Under the pieces are notes generated by a model, which was not told the origin of the DNA, did not search any database, and saw only the letters and a program-made list of their open reading frames with translations. The position numbers and the translations under genes are program-made. A stretch of 64,000 bases of DNA from Eledone cirrhosa. Lineage: Eukaryota. This document shows, one piece after another, positions 27,601-41,576 of the stretch. Location: assembly GCA_964016885.1 (NCBI GenBank), contig OZ024740.1, positions 224,068,001 to 224,132,000 on the forward strand. The letters run 5' to 3'. Position 1 is the stretch's first letter, and each line of letters begins with the position of its first letter.

Positions 27601-28427
27601 CTTTCTTGTTTGTTGTTTCCTCTCGCTTTTATGCAAAGTAATTTCCTCACCGCATTTGCTGTTGCTTTGAGGATATTGTTGCACTTGTGAGGGTTCCTCG
27701 CCTCAAGGTATGGGATGACTTTGTTTACGTTAGCTGTTGTTTCTTTTAACTTTTTCCTGTCTACAAATCTTAGGTTCATAGGTTTCCCACTATCATTGTT
27801 CATTTCATCTACCACTAAGTTTAGGATATCAACCAAATCTTGCCCTAGCCCGTCAGCATTCATTTCCTCAATTGCTGTATCTTTGTTCCAGGTATCATTT
27901 ATTTCAGCATTCAGATCATTGTCTGTTTCGGATGCTTCCTCCGTTCTCTCAACCTCTTCACCTTCATCTCCCACTGGCTCGTTTGCCTGGCATACTCCAC
28001 TCTCCATTTCCAATCTAATCTCTCTGCTGAGTTTCTCCAGTTCCAGCTCACTTATCCACCCATGAGTTCTTATCACCCGAGCCTGCCCGGCCAATTTTTG
28101 TTCATCTAATTTAAGACCAATCTTGTTCCAGATGTTATGCATCCGGTTCCTATAGCCTTTTTCCTTGGGGTTACTCTTCAGGTAACATTGCATAACAGTT
28201 CTATTCAATTCTTTCGTCCAGTTGGTTCTGGTCCCATCCCTTCTTCTTCTTCCTCCAACACCAGCAGTATTTGGATGACAGCCAGGTCCCTGCTACTGGG
28301 CCAGGGAGCACCTGTTGGGTGAGAGTCTATCACATGACATTCTAGTCTCCACTTCACCGTTATTCGAACTGTTTAGATTCGACATTTAAACACTCATATC
28401 GAGGATTGGTGAATGTTTGGTTACATA
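24693..28427 (-). mobile_element. R4/Dong LINE, near full length, decayed, copy 3
   Basis: ORF fragments 27507-28208, 26646-27329, 26195-26636, 25607-26188 and 24969-25511 are colinear with copy 1; (ATT)n on both sides on the plus strand. Confidence 0.92.
24735..24919 (+). mobile_element. Family A SINE inserted in the R4 3' UTR
   Basis: 13-bp TSD TTTAACTGGAAAG at 24722-24734 and 24920-24932; removing it restores the 3' UTR seen in copy 1. Confidence 0.93.
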
Positions 28428-28443
28428 TTATCATTATTATTAT

Positions 28444-28572
28444 GGCCCATGCCATTCTGCGTTCAAATCCCGCCAAGGTTAACTTCGCCTTTCATCCTTA
28501 CGGGGTCGATAAAATAAAGTACCAGTAATGTACTGGGTAATTGCTGGCCTTGTGCCTAAAGTAGAAACAATT

Positions 28573-28603
<31 letters not shown>

Positions 28604-28620
28604 TTATTATTATTATTATA
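28444..28620 (+). mobile_element. Family A SINE, 5'-truncated, long (ATT)n tail
   Basis: GTTCAAATCCC B-box, core, ggccttgtgcctaaagtagaaacaattattatt... Confidence 0.88.
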
Positions 28621-30149
28621 AGGATTAATCAATGTTTGTGACTATTTCACTTTGGAGACTCTATGAGGCAGCCTGGTTTCAATTACACAGCACCAACATT
28701 ATAATGATAGAGTAAGAAAGAATTATCCTGGCAGAGAAAGCATCTACTCATTGTTAAAGAATGCATTGCTGAATGTTATTGGACAGAATTCTGAGGCTAG
28801 AGTTGGGCTTGGCCAAGCATTGAGTAACTACTGCTGAAGGATATACCAGATGAAGATTTAGGAGATAAGAGGTATAATTAGGAGGGGTAGAGAATTTTGA
28901 AAGCAAGGAATGATAACTGGAAGTTAGGTCGTAAGCAAAATTTCAGTGATGTGAGATAATTAGTTTGCAGAAAGGTTTCTAATATTCTGCAGCAAGAGTA
29001 CTGTATGCAGTATCTTAAACTATGAATATTGTGTACAGATTAATCAAGTTTAATCTAGTGGAAGTGAATTCAAAATAAGATGGTCACACTTTCAATTATT
29101 TTCTTTATGGATGTGATCTATGAAGTTTGTATGCAGCAGCTGTAATAAAAAAAAAAATGCTATCATAGCAATATTAGTGCAGGATAGTATTACATTTTAC
29201 CAATATGTGAAACTTCTCACATATTTTGAGTGAAAGGAATCCAAGACATGTTTTTATCATCATCCTCATTATCATAGTTTAACGTCCATTTTTCCACACT
29301 AGCATGTGTTAAATGAGTTGTCCCATGTGTTAAGTGAGTTGTCCCATCTGGGGGCCATGTCTTGCTTATACAGAACTGGTTCTACATTTATAAACCTAGA
29401 TGACATAGTCTATTGGACAAGGTGAAATTTGTTGAAATGAATGACCTTTAACAGCTAATCTCTAAGAAAAAGTTTGTAAAGATTGTTTGTGAGTCCTGAG
29501 TGGAGTGGTGGAGCACCTTTGAAAATTCAAGGGTGCTGAGAGGAATATTTGAGTGAAGGTGTTATCAAAGACCTCAGGCCCCAGACAATTGTACTGACAT
29601 ACTTCTCACTCCTGTTATATATCCTGCATTAAGGTGCTCCAATAAAAGTTAATATCAAGAGCGAAAATAATGCAAAACTAAATGTAGTGTTAGGTTTACA
29701 TATGAGCACCATTCTTAACATAGCTCTCTTTTCTTCATTTTCTTCTTGAAGCATTTGAAATTTTCCAGATGGGATGCATTTTCCAATTTTCTTGTTGTAT
29801 AAATTTAATGAACGCCAGAAGAACTTATAAGGAAAGTTTTGAATCAAATGAGTTAGAGGTCATAGCGAAGACTGAAATGATAGAAACGGAAGAGAATAAA
29901 GAAGCCAAGGAACATTGAAGAGCAAATCATCTTCAATAAGTCGGGAATTACATAATTCAGTCTAAGAGCAAGTAGTAGCTTACAAAAGTACAGTTACATC
30001 TCTAACAACTACAACTTTAAGTGTTTACTAAAGGACAGTTATACCTCTTACTACTACAACTTAAAGCACTATTGAGAGTTTCTTGTTGACTTTCACACAA
30101 ACATTATCGTTTCTATAAATATATCTGTATTATGAATTATAGTTTTTAT

Positions 30150-30300
30150 TAGGATTGGCAGAAACTTTAGAGTGTTGGGCAAAAGGTAATTGTAGTATTT
30201 GTTCTGGCTCTTTATGACTGAGTTTGAATCTCTCTAAAGTTAACATTGCCTTTCTTCCTGCTGGGTTTGCTATAATATAGTACCATGTATGTACTAGGTA
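30150..30300 (+). mobile_element. Old family A-like SINE
   Basis: gattggcag head, gagtttgaatc B-box-like, ttgcctttcttcctgctggg core remnant. Confidence 0.5.
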
Positions 30301-30729
30301 CAATCATCTCAACTGGAGTTGATATAAATGAATAACCACACACCAAACATTGAGATTTTTTGTTTGTATAAGAATTTTTATTATTATTGTTTTTGTTGTT
30401 GTTGTGTTGTTATTAGTGAACACATACTATCCTACCAAACTTTTTCTTGTAAAACCCTAAAGAGGAGGGAGTACATTTAAGTTTATCAATATTCCTATTT
30501 AATAGATAACGTTTTCCTAAGAATATTTAAACTTTCCATGAATACTATCATTTATAGAATGCTTTTAGAGCGTCTTTCAATGCTCTTTTTTTAAAGCTGG
30601 TTTTAATCTAATCAGATGGTCAATTATCGTGTCAATAGTACTTTCTGTTGGAGAAATAGACAGCTATCTTTAAGTGTGTATATGTGCTGTTATTAGTGTG
30701 TATATGTCAATGTTAAAATTCTGTGTATG

Positions 30730-30890
30730 CAGCGTAGTCAAATAGTTTAGTGGTTCGCTTTGCTATCATTCGGCCTTTGCTTCAATCCTATTGCTTGGAA
30801 TATTGGGCAAGTGTCCCTTACCATAGCCCTAGATTGACAAATCCGTGAGTAAAATTACATAGACAGTAACTGTTTGGAAGCCAGTTGGAT
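30730..30890 (+). mobile_element. Family C SINE, degraded
   Basis: ttgggcaagtgtcccttaccatagccc...gtgagtaaaattacatagacagtaactg. Confidence 0.55.
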
Positions 30891-33304
30891 GGATGTACTT
30901 TTGATTCCAAGGGCCAGACTCATCACACAGTGTATCACAGTGAGAATTACATCATTGAATGCATCATTGAATGCTCTTTTGTATGATTATTGCTTGGATA
31001 GAAAAGGGTAATATATCACCCATAATATTTTGCAAGACTTCTGAGACATGTGGGGAAAAGGTCGGTAGGAAGTATATCATATTAGACACGCAAGGACTTG
31101 ATAGCTATGATGAAATCAATGATAGATTCAGTCTAAACAAATATAAACATTCTAACCTGTTTCTTCATAGTTTAATTCATACAATTTCACTTGCAAAATT
31201 TCAGTTTACACATGGTATATGGAATGAGACCCTTACCATATTCCACACAGTATTATCAAACCCAGAACAGTGTGAATGCAGAGCAAACTTCTCAACTACT
31301 AATCCATTACTGCACTCATAGGCTGGAAAGATATAGTCAGGTATGATATGTTCTATATCTGAAATAAAGTTTATATAAAGACCCAAGCTCAACTGAGTTA
31401 AATGAGTGGGTAGCATACACATATTGGTAATTGCATAAATGTATGAAGAGAAGAATATATTATAATAGGTGGGTGAAAATGTTATATGCTGGCAGTGGAA
31501 GGTACTTATAACAGAGAAATATCAATTAAGACAGATGTGAAATCAGATTCCAGATTATTGAGTCTTGCAAAGATAATATTGGACCACGAGGCTTTTAATA
31601 TTTACATCTTGACTATATTTCAATTGCTTTGAATTCTGATCCTCATGAGATGTTTCATTCCTTGTACTATGTATACATCCAGGTATAAAACATCTGGTGA
31701 CAATCAGAGATCAAACCAATTAAATGTAATGTAAATATTAAAAATAAATTTCCATATCTAAAGATGAAGTTAATAGCCTGAAAAATTACAATTTTATTAA
31801 CAACAATTCATTTCAGACATTTCTATGTCAAAAAGATTACATAATATTGCATTTATTAGCTAACATTGAGAAAGTTATAATTCAAAATGCCAACAACATT
31901 ATAGATAATTGTTTTTCTTTTGAAATCCAGCAGAAGTGAACAAATTGAAATTAAAATTTGAGTATAACTTAACAAATGTTATAATTTAATGATCTTAAAG
32001 TTTTTCACAAATAGAGAAATAAATGATGAAAGGAAATTTAGATGCTAAACACTTATGTAAGAATTTTAAATGTTGTTACTGTGACTACTGATAATTTCAT
32101 TCATCTAAATCTCAAACACCACATAAAAGCTATGGCTATTGGCATTGCATTTAAAGAAAACTAAAGTGATAGTTTTTCAAAAATTAATATGATGCAAGAC
32201 TAGTTCAAAACAAATTCCTAATTATTTTGTTTTGACTGGAAAACATGAAGATTTAATTTCTGTATTGAGTTAAAACAAATGTTGGTTGAAATAATATTAC
32301 CAAGTTAAAATAAATGTTATTATTGATGATCAGTTGAAGTGAAGATAAAGTATCAATGATCATGTGTGATGTTTCATCTGGTTGATTTATATTAATTCTC
32401 ATGAAGTTCTTCTAAAAATATTATGTGAAAGCACAAAATTAATCCAATGGATGGAGTTTGTCTTATTTCAGCTTTGCTAGATAAATAGTCTTTTAGATTC
32501 AGTGAAACTATTCATGAATTACTATTGACATTGAATATATATGAATATGAATTTCATTATCAAATAAGCTGCAATTTCATATTTAGATTTGTTATCATGT
32601 CCAACAGGTTATATATTTTTTCTTTTTTATGTATTAATGCATAATAATAGTTAAATCATTAGATTTGTCCCTCATTACATATATTCTTTGATTTGTTTGT
32701 CTCTTAGGTTTCTTCCTTCGCCTACATACATGTATATCATTTATATAAAATGTATCTTGCTTTGTGTAGCAGCTAGAATTATTCCTTACTTAGATTTATT
32801 TCTAGATTAAACCCTCATTTAGATATCTTCTCTTAGTAAATGTGTTCCTCATCATGATATATTCCAGATTAGCTCATAACTAGGAACCAAAGATAAGCAA
32901 CATCTCCGTGGAATTTTTTTAAAATTTAGAAAAGTATTAGAAATGTGTGAGATTACATCGGTTTATATTGAGAGTTCTTATAAGAGGCTTATTTCTATTC
33001 CTTAATTATCATCACAATTTCAGCATCTATATGATTTTCATTATATTTTTGAAACGAATTAACTTTGTTCAGAAACACAACAAGTACGAGTATCCAAACT
33101 ACATTAATATCACTTAGAAGCCTTTGATTATCAATTTGAATGATATAAAGAAAATAAATTTATCTATCTAGAATAAGGGAATAGAGACTGGTTATTTGGG
33201 GTTTGAGGGATATGTAAGACATGAGGGATATGTAAGATATGTAAGACATGAAAATAATATCTTATTTACTTAGAAATAATTAAAATCATTTTCCAAAGAC
33301 AGCG

Positions 33305-33545
33305 AATATTAGCAGATATGTTGCAGTGTAGGAAAAAATGCCATGCAATATTTGTTTTTGCTCTTGGATTTGGGGGTTCAAATCCCACTCAGGACAATTT
33401 GTCTTTCATATTTTCAGGATCGATGAAATAAAGTACTATTGAAGGGCAGTGAATTTACAGGATTGTTAGAATATCTGGTAAAATGCCTTGTAGTATTTTT
33501 CTGATTCTTTGTATTCTGAGTTCAAAACCTCCTCTGGCTTACTTT
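33305..33545 (+). mobile_element. Two tandem degraded family A-like SINE pieces
   Basis: GGGTTCAAATCCC at ~33374 with core gtctttcata..gatcgatgaaataaagtac, then a second head aagggcagtg and GAGTTCAAA. Confidence 0.55.
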
Positions 33546-33724
33546 GGTGGTAGATGTAATATGTAGCCTGATCCTTGGGTTCAGCTTGGCAAGGTCACCA
33601 GTTTGAAGATAGCCTCCTCCCTCTTCCCTGTCTCAGAGGTCTTGAAAAGTATCATGATAACAGCCCTTCCCTTTCAGACAAAACGAGGTCAGTAGTTCTG
33701 CTTAAATACTGACTTGATCCCTCA

Positions 33725-33852
33725 TAATCTGTCCAACCCTTGCTGATTGAAGAAACAGACAATACATAATGATAATGAGGAAGAGGAGGACGATGATGAT
33801 GAAGACGATGACGACATCGAGAATGATGACAACGATGATGATGACGATGATA
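33725..33852 (+). repeat. RTE-type 3' tail with (GAT/GAC)n run
   Basis: ctgtccaacccttgc... followed by a GAT/GAC-rich tail. Confidence 0.55.
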
Positions 33853-34254
33853 CGCCGCATAAATAAAATCAGTTTGGGGAGAATTAAAATAATAGAATGA
33901 CTAAAATGTTATGAATTTAAATAGTCAATGGAATGACTAAAATTTTGCTTTCATTTTAATAAATTTGGTATTAGATAACTCTGATATACACATATAGGCT
34001 GATTCAGTTCCATTCTGGAGCAATTGGGTAAAGGGTCTATTACTATAGCATTGGACTAACCCATGCCTTGTGAATGAATTTGGTAGATAAAAACTCATCA
34101 CCTAGTCAAATTCCACCACACCTAACATAAAACCATGACATACCTTCAAATCCCTTCTATCCTTCACCACATGCATCACCATCCTCCCACTCTTATATAT
34201 GGCATACTTTCCATCCCCCTCAAATAGGTTAAGGAAGACTCTTTAGTTATGTTA

Positions 34255-34690
34255 ACCTCCCGAAACCTGGTGCCACGATAAAATGCAGCCAGGATATCCA
34301 GTAAAGTGGCTGTTGTTACGAAGGGCTTCCAACTACAGAAACCAAGCCAAATACTTAAAAAGAACTCTTCAGACATAGTATACAGGTCTCTCTAGTGTTG
34401 CTGCCACAAAAATGCAGCCAATACACCATGTAAGGTGATTAGTAATAGGAAGGTCACCAAAGCATGCAAACCATGCCAAACAAAGAGTAAAGAGAATTCT
34501 TTAGCTGTGTCAAGAACATTGTAACCTCACTAGTGTTGGTGACACAATAAAGCACCTATTCTGTAAAATGGTTGGCAATAGGAAGGGCATCCAGATATAG
34601 AAAATTGTCGAGGTACTGATTAATCAGGTTCATAAGTTGTGCAAAAGACATGATAACCTTATGCTTGTGCCATGATAAAATGTGTCCAGT
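34255..34690 (+). repeat. Degenerate tandem array (~130-bp units) of the RTE 3'-UTR module
   Basis: Three to four units of gtgccac-aaaatgcagcca-gtaaagtggt-aggaagggcatccag. Confidence 0.6.
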
Positions 34691-35688
34691 TTATAAAAGC
34701 TAGCATTGACATTGTTATTTCTCCAATAAACAATATATACTGTAACCAGTTAGTTAAACAAACGTTAGCAATATATACTATATTTAGAAATAATATATAT
34801 TATACAAGGATTGGCTGAAAAATTCATAGGCTGACCAAGATACTCTCATGGAATGGCCAAATAATGTTTTTTTATTGGGGGCATAGTCAATAGAAAGAAA
34901 CAATGAAGTAATTAAAGTGAAATTAATGCATGCAATATTTCACAGCCCTAGTTTCATTCTTTCTTAGTCAGCCTATGAACTTCACAACCCACCCTCATAA
35001 TTAGAATATAGTAAGGGGTGGCAATATAAAGGGCATCCAGCTATTGAAAACCTATCTCAAAAAGCCCTATCTAACCCATGCAAGCATGGTAAAAAATGGC
35101 CATAAAAGAAAAAAACACAGAAAGTTTAGGAACTCTGTAAATCTATATATTAATTTCAACAATCTCATTATTCCGTGTGTCATAATTCTCGATTATCATT
35201 GGTTCATAGGTTTCAAACGACTCCGCCCACCTCAACGACGCCAAACTTAAATTAATATGCATAATGCCAATGAGGGAGTGAGAGGGGAGAGAGAGGCAAA
35301 GTGAACGCTGTGTTTGGATACACTATGTATATGTGTCAGTGTAGAGACATGTGTGTGTGTGTGATGTGTGTGGAAATAAGAGGGGAAGGAAAGCAATAAC
35401 TATTAACATATGTGTGTGTGTGTGTACGTGCGCGTATGTTTATGTGTGTGTGCGTGCAGCGTTCCACAGAAAGTAAAAAATATCAATATGTGTGAGTGTG
35501 TGCGTGTGTGTAAGTTTGCATGCGTGTACGTGTGTCCATGCGTGTATGTGTGTGTACGTGCGGCATCCCACAATCGCCACACAGTTTATCTGTCTGTGTG
35601 CCTGTCTGCCAGTCTAACATACACAGAGTTGTGAAGGGAGTAAATAGGGACCTTTTTTTACATTGACGGACATCTTTTATATTAATTA

Positions 35689-36045
35689 TCTATATCTATA
35701 TCTACATATAATATAAAAGATTGGAACTTCCGTCATCCTTTTGAGAAACGTGGAACAACCACGTCTATGCAATGATACACGTTTTACAGTTTAGGCAGGA
35801 GATGAACCATCTCCTAAAGGTCACTATTCTAGGTGGGAGCACCTAGAATTGTTCATATATTATGCACCAACGGTATAACGAAGAATCTGGTATATCTGGA
35901 AAATTTCTTTTACTTTTTTTTTGTATCACACAGACACCACGAACTCGCTTCATACTGTAACAGACAAACCAATACAGTCATTTTCTCTTTTACCTGTCTT
36001 CTCTTATCATCTATTTACCCGGGCGAAGCTGGTTACGTCAGCTAG
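35689..36045 (+). mobile_element. Non-autonomous Helitron
   Basis: 5' TC start (tctatatctatatctacatataatataaaag), subterminal hairpin ccgggc-gaa-gctgg at ~36019-36032, 3' CTAG at 36042-36045, inserted between A and T, no TSD. Confidence 0.75.
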
Positions 36046-38659
36046 TATAATACAATTGTGAAATGTTGAATTTCGTGAATTATATTTAATTCTACCAAAC
36101 TACATTACAATTTCAATTGCAGGGATTTCCTGTATTGGAAAACCCCAGTTTTATGTACATAAGAGAGTGTGTATTTGTCTGTTGTTTTTTTTTATTTTAT
36201 TTGTAGGATCACATCAGAATTTATAACATGAAAGAGAATTGGAAAATATGTTTTGCATTACAGAATTACATGAGAAAACAAAGTTTTCAGAATACAATTG
36301 TTTCTGTATTCATCAGTATATATTAATCATTCTAATACTGAACCATTTGAAACCCCCTCTGGTTCTATGATACAAAACAGTTTATTTTAAAGAGTTTATA
36401 TTTAAATTTAAACCATCCATCATAATTTTAAGTAAGAATATTTGTTAAAATGTGTTTTGAACACCAGCTTAAAATTAATGAAGTTACTAAATCCCATAAA
36501 TTCTTGATTATTTTCAAAATGAATACAATAAAATATCATAATGAAGGGGTTTTAATACTTCGAGTCAAATGGCCCTGTATTTCAGTCCTGACAATGTTTT
36601 ACATCATCAAACCAGCCTGGTACTTTATTTTGACATACAATACTGTGTACTACTGTAATTTATACTACTTCTGCACAAATCCACAAATATTTTCCATTAT
36701 TTACTGAGCTTTTCAGCAAGGCATTGTCAAGAGTTTTGTCATGTTTAACCATTTAACATTCACCTTATTCTATTTATTGTTTATTGTTTATTGTTGTATT
36801 TTCGTGGTAAAGACTTTATCTCACATAATATCGAATATATGAGATGTTGATGTTATTCATTTTGAGAACAATACCTTAACATCCGTATGAGTGACTGGTT
36901 ACAGGCAGTTTGAGGAGAAAGGGCTGAGAGGATTCTGGCTGGATATGGGCGGTTTAAATGCTAAAAGGTTAATTGATGAATATCATTTATTTTTCAGTAT
37001 TTATCATATAAGTTCCCTTGGTTGGGTACTTTGCACAAGGCAGGGAGTCAGGGTCAAAAGGATTAAGTTAAAAAATTGTTATCTTTACATTACATCCTAT
37101 GTTTATTCACTATATAAAACAATGTGGTATGGAAGAAGTTTGATAAAAATCATGCAAATATTTTGTTGGACCATGTATTAACTGGGAAGAGGTTTTCATT
37201 GTTAGACATGTATAGTTTCCTAGCAGAACAGTAATATCTCAAATTGATTATGTAAATTTCTAACACTGTAATACCAAATAAGAAACTATGATAAGAGCTA
37301 ATATTTTCCAACGTGCCTGCAAAATGTTTAAATAAGATTTTATTTTAATCAATTAATATTCAATAAAAATGCAAATATATTGTCTAATGAAAGAAAAATG
37401 AGTATGATATACAATGTTAATTCTTAGATGCTAAATACAAGAAAATAAATTGTTTGCATAAAATATCACATTTATATTTTCAAACAATATTAACGATGTC
37501 AAAAGTCATTTTTGTGCTCTTGTTTTTAAAGAGATTGCAATATTTGTTTAATTAAATTGGGAAATATATTGTATGAATTAGTAGCCTTTGGTGTTTGATT
37601 ATTTCATATAGGAGGAGCTTAATGTTGATGTGCATACAGGGTTGAAAATTTGAGGGTCAGTTATTCTTTTACTGATTTCCATCATTAGATTATGACCAGG
37701 TTAGGGCACTCCCTTTGAGAATTTTATACTTTATATCAAACCCAGCAGTTTGTGTGTTACATATGTTATTGAGCTTGCAAATAACAAAATTCCAAATGGA
37801 TATAGGCATGAAGGGAAATAGACTGGTTGGATATACTCTCTATAAGTTAAATGCCTTCACTGTGTAAATAATTGTTCTACGTATGCAGATATAAATCATG
37901 CATACCCCAGCCTCAGTAGCACCATTCTTTTCAGTATGTTATTGCCATGATTTTGTGAAGTTTATACATTTATAATTTTTTCTGGGTTTAATTAACAAAT
38001 ATCCTTTTTTCAGTAATATTTTCATGTAGATGCTTAGAGTCTAGGACTGGACACACAGAGTTTAAATGTTTAATGAATGTATGAGCCATCTTACTTTTTG
38101 ATTGCATTGTTTGAGGATGTAACATAATAATGTAGTAGAGATAAATAGGTGTGATGAATAATAGCAGGGTAAAGATTTTGTTTGGAAGTAAGGAGAAAGA
38201 TTTCAGTAGTAACAGCTACATATAGGTGATGATATTATCTAATATAGATAGTTATAAATGGCATCGGATTTGCTCTCTAAATCAATGAAACATAAAAATT
38301 CAAATGATATATGATGAACCTGCAATCTGTCCTGGGAGGCATGGGATGGATGCACAATGATTGTGTATCCCAAGACCCCAAAAAGGGGTAGACCCAAGCA
38401 AAATGGTTAGATTACATACATGAGCTAAGCTGGTCTCATTTGGAGATCCAGCTGGATTAGTTAGAAATGACTGCTTCTGATGTGACCTGCTGGATGATGA
38501 TGAGGATGACGGTGATGATGACAACAATGACTAGGATGAGGATTCAGTAATTTCATCAAATGTACATACAACTTGTGAATGAAGTTTTAGTTGTTCAAAA
38601 ATTCCACAAACACATCTACCATTAACATATTCTCATGACACAATTTTTGACGGAGTCCA

Positions 38660-38812
38660 TCCATCTGACAGGTTTCCACACAATTTCTGTCTACCTAATT
38701 TCACACAGAACACATGGGTTAATCTGAAGCTATGATAAATGACACTTGCACAAGATACCATGCTGTAAGTTTGAACCTGAGGTTTATGATTGCATGGCAA
38801 ACTTCTTAACCT
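38660..38812 (-). mobile_element. Family C SINE
   Basis: tttctgtctacctaatttcacaca...gacacttgcacaag...tgaacc...cttcttaacc is the reverse complement of family C. Confidence 0.65.
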
Positions 38813-39190
38813 CTTGACAATGTCTGACACCCCACCCACCCAGAAAAAGAAGTTATATGAGAGCCATATAGCATTAAATGCAGCAGTTTAAAAAATACCA
38901 CTCTGTTAAGTAGTCACACATTCCATATTGATATATAGTGGAATGTTTTACAATAATGGTACAAACAAAAGCAAAATATGGATATATATAGTCAATGGGA
39001 TTGTGAGATTTTACCTATCTATATATTCATGCTACATCTTCCATGCATTAAGTACTCCCAGGATTAGTGGTCTCCCTGGTCTTAGCACCGTAGATACTCT
39101 CACTCTCTCTCTCTTTATATATATATATATGGGGAGGGTCATATAACAATATTTGTTTCAACACATGATTTCATATCAAAAACCATGCAA

Positions 39191-39253
<63 letters not shown>

Positions 39254-39256
<3 letters not shown>

Positions 39257-39460
39257 AAAGTGGTTGTGTAGGAGTCACAACAAAAAGCACACACTGTAAA
39301 TTTGGTTGGCGTTAGGAAGTGTATCCAGCCATAGAAACCTAGCCAGAAACAGTTCTATATCAGGTAGACATGATCACGTGACTTGAATTGCCTCTAATGG
39401 GACAACCTGTCTAACCCATGCTAGCATGGTAAAATGGACATTAAATGATAATGAGGATGA
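39254..39460 (+). mobile_element. RTE 3'-end-derived repeat
   Basis: gtaaagtggttg, ttggcgttaggaag..atccagc and ctgtctaacccatgctagcatgg..ggacattaaatgat tail. Confidence 0.75.
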
Positions 39461-41535
39461 TATCATCATCATTATCGTCATTTAACACCCATTTTAACAT
39501 CCTAGCATGGATTAAATGAATTTTACATATGTGAACCAAGCCAGAGCAGATGAGCATCTACAGCTCAAACTGGACCAACTTTGGCATGGTTTCTATAGCT
39601 GTATTCCCCTCCTAATGCTAACACCATTTACAGTGAATACTGACTTACTCTTTATCATGGCACTAAAATGACAAATTTACTGTGCCATGACACGTACACA
39701 ACCACTTTACAGTATGGAGTGGGTGATTTTTGTTGTGATACCAGAAACAAACATATTATAGTGTAGACTTGGGTGGGGAGGTGCATAGAGATTGGAGATG
39801 TTGGGGGTGTTAGGCCATTGGAGTTATATGGAAAGGGAAGGTAAGGGAGACTAGTGTATACTAGATGTAATCTTCAACTTATGAACATAAGATGGTAGGT
39901 CTTCTGTATTACTGCATAACACCAGATATCTTGATCCCATTTTATCGCCTTTGAGAGGTGTAATTGTGCAAGATCAGCTTTTATCACCTCATTCCAAGTC
40001 TTCCTAGATCTTCCTACTCCATAGCTTCCATCAACTGTGAGTGCCTTGCACCTTTCTATACAATTGTCATCCAGCATACGCATCACATCTCCATACCAAC
40101 ACAGTCTCTCCTGCACATTGCATCTCATCCCATCTTATGCTCAGTTTCTCTCTCAATTCATTTATGCTTTGCAATTCACATATTATTACATATCCATCCG
40201 AGCATGCCAGGTTCATTTCTTTCCAATCTTCACAGATCTTCTGTACATAGTGACCAGGTCTCAGTACCATATAACGTTGCTGTTCTTATACATGCATCAT
40301 ACAATCTACTGTTCATTTTCAAGGAAATACTTGTTGTAGCTAGCAGTTGTAGTAGCTATCTGAACTTTGTCCATCCCATTCTTACTCTCACAACCATATC
40401 TTTGGCACACACACCTCCATGGCTTATTTCATCACTTAAGTAGCAGAAGCTGTAAAATGCTTCTGCCAAGAATTTGATAGCACTTGTTACCTGTGAGTGT
40501 TTTTTACTTACTGCTCCTGTACAACAGCCACAAGTAAAAACCAAAGTTCTTAGCTAACCAACCTGAGATCCATATACATCTCTTGTGTGTGAATAGCTGG
40601 CATTTGGGACAAAGGGAGGAATTTCTACCCACCCCTTTCCTATACACTGAGCAGAGCTATTTCCCGGAAAGGATTAGCACCTGCTTTTCCTTACTACTTG
40701 CTAGAACTTTGGTCATTGCCAAGTCGATGTTAAGATGTTTTGATTCCTGGTTATGCTTCCAGGTCAGGAATATTTTCTCTAGTTCTGTCATAGATTCAGC
40801 TATGAGAGTTAAATCATCGGGATACAGGAGTTCCCAAAGGCATCATGTTTTAAACTCTTCTGCTAGAGCCTGGAGGATGATAATAACCAGGAGGGGGCTA
40901 TGGACAGAGCCTGGGAGGACCACACCTTGCACACTATACTCTTCGCTATAGTCATTATTAACTTCAACCTTACTGACAGCACCTCTGTACATGGCTTGTA
41001 CCACCCTCACTAGCCACTCTTTTACTTTGTTTCCCAAGTCCCCCCCCCCCACACACTTACCCAGATTACAGATCTGGGAAACCTTCTCTAGTTCAACAAA
41101 TGCTAAGTAGAGGTGTTAGGTTTTAGCTAGATACTTCTCCTGCTGTTACCTCACAAGGAAGAGGCTATCTGTGGTATGTTTTCAAGGTACAAATCGGAAC
41201 TGTATCTCATCTAGGTTACTTTGAACCCTAATCAGTTTTGCAATACTTTATTCTTGTTCCATCAGTTTGATGCTGCAATAATCTCCTCTGTCTAGTACAT
41301 CACCTTTACCTTTGTAGTGATTGTCAAAGATGCTGCTATGCCATTCATTGGATATAGCACCATTTTGTAATACTTGGTTAACGATATGGGTGTTTATGGT
41401 GGGCCCAACCATCGCAGATGTTTTCAGCATCTCAGCAACTATTCCTGATGGCCCTGCTGCTTTGCCTAATCTCATGTCTTTAATTGCCTTACTACACTGC
41501 TACTAATTTGTAGTACTGGGCCCTCTGTAGAATAT
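39461..41535 (-). mobile_element. RTE-clade LINE, 5'-truncated, decayed
   Basis: GKAAGPSGIVAEMLK, KGKGD, GSVHSPLL..LAEEFK, YPDD, RVRMGWTKFR, RLCWYG..GRSRKTW; 3' UTR 39870-39480 ends in a (GAT)n-like tail. Confidence 0.88.
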
Positions 41536-41576
41536 CTATATATATATATATATACAAATATGCATATACATGGTGA

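Noticed and set aside
30971-31500. ORFs of 116 and 73 aa with faint LINE RT-like words (RWVKMLY)
   Set aside because: Too little motif support to call either a gene or a TE
33771-33852. Asp/Glu-rich apparent coding stretch
   Set aside because: A degenerate (GAT)n retroelement tail rather than an exon
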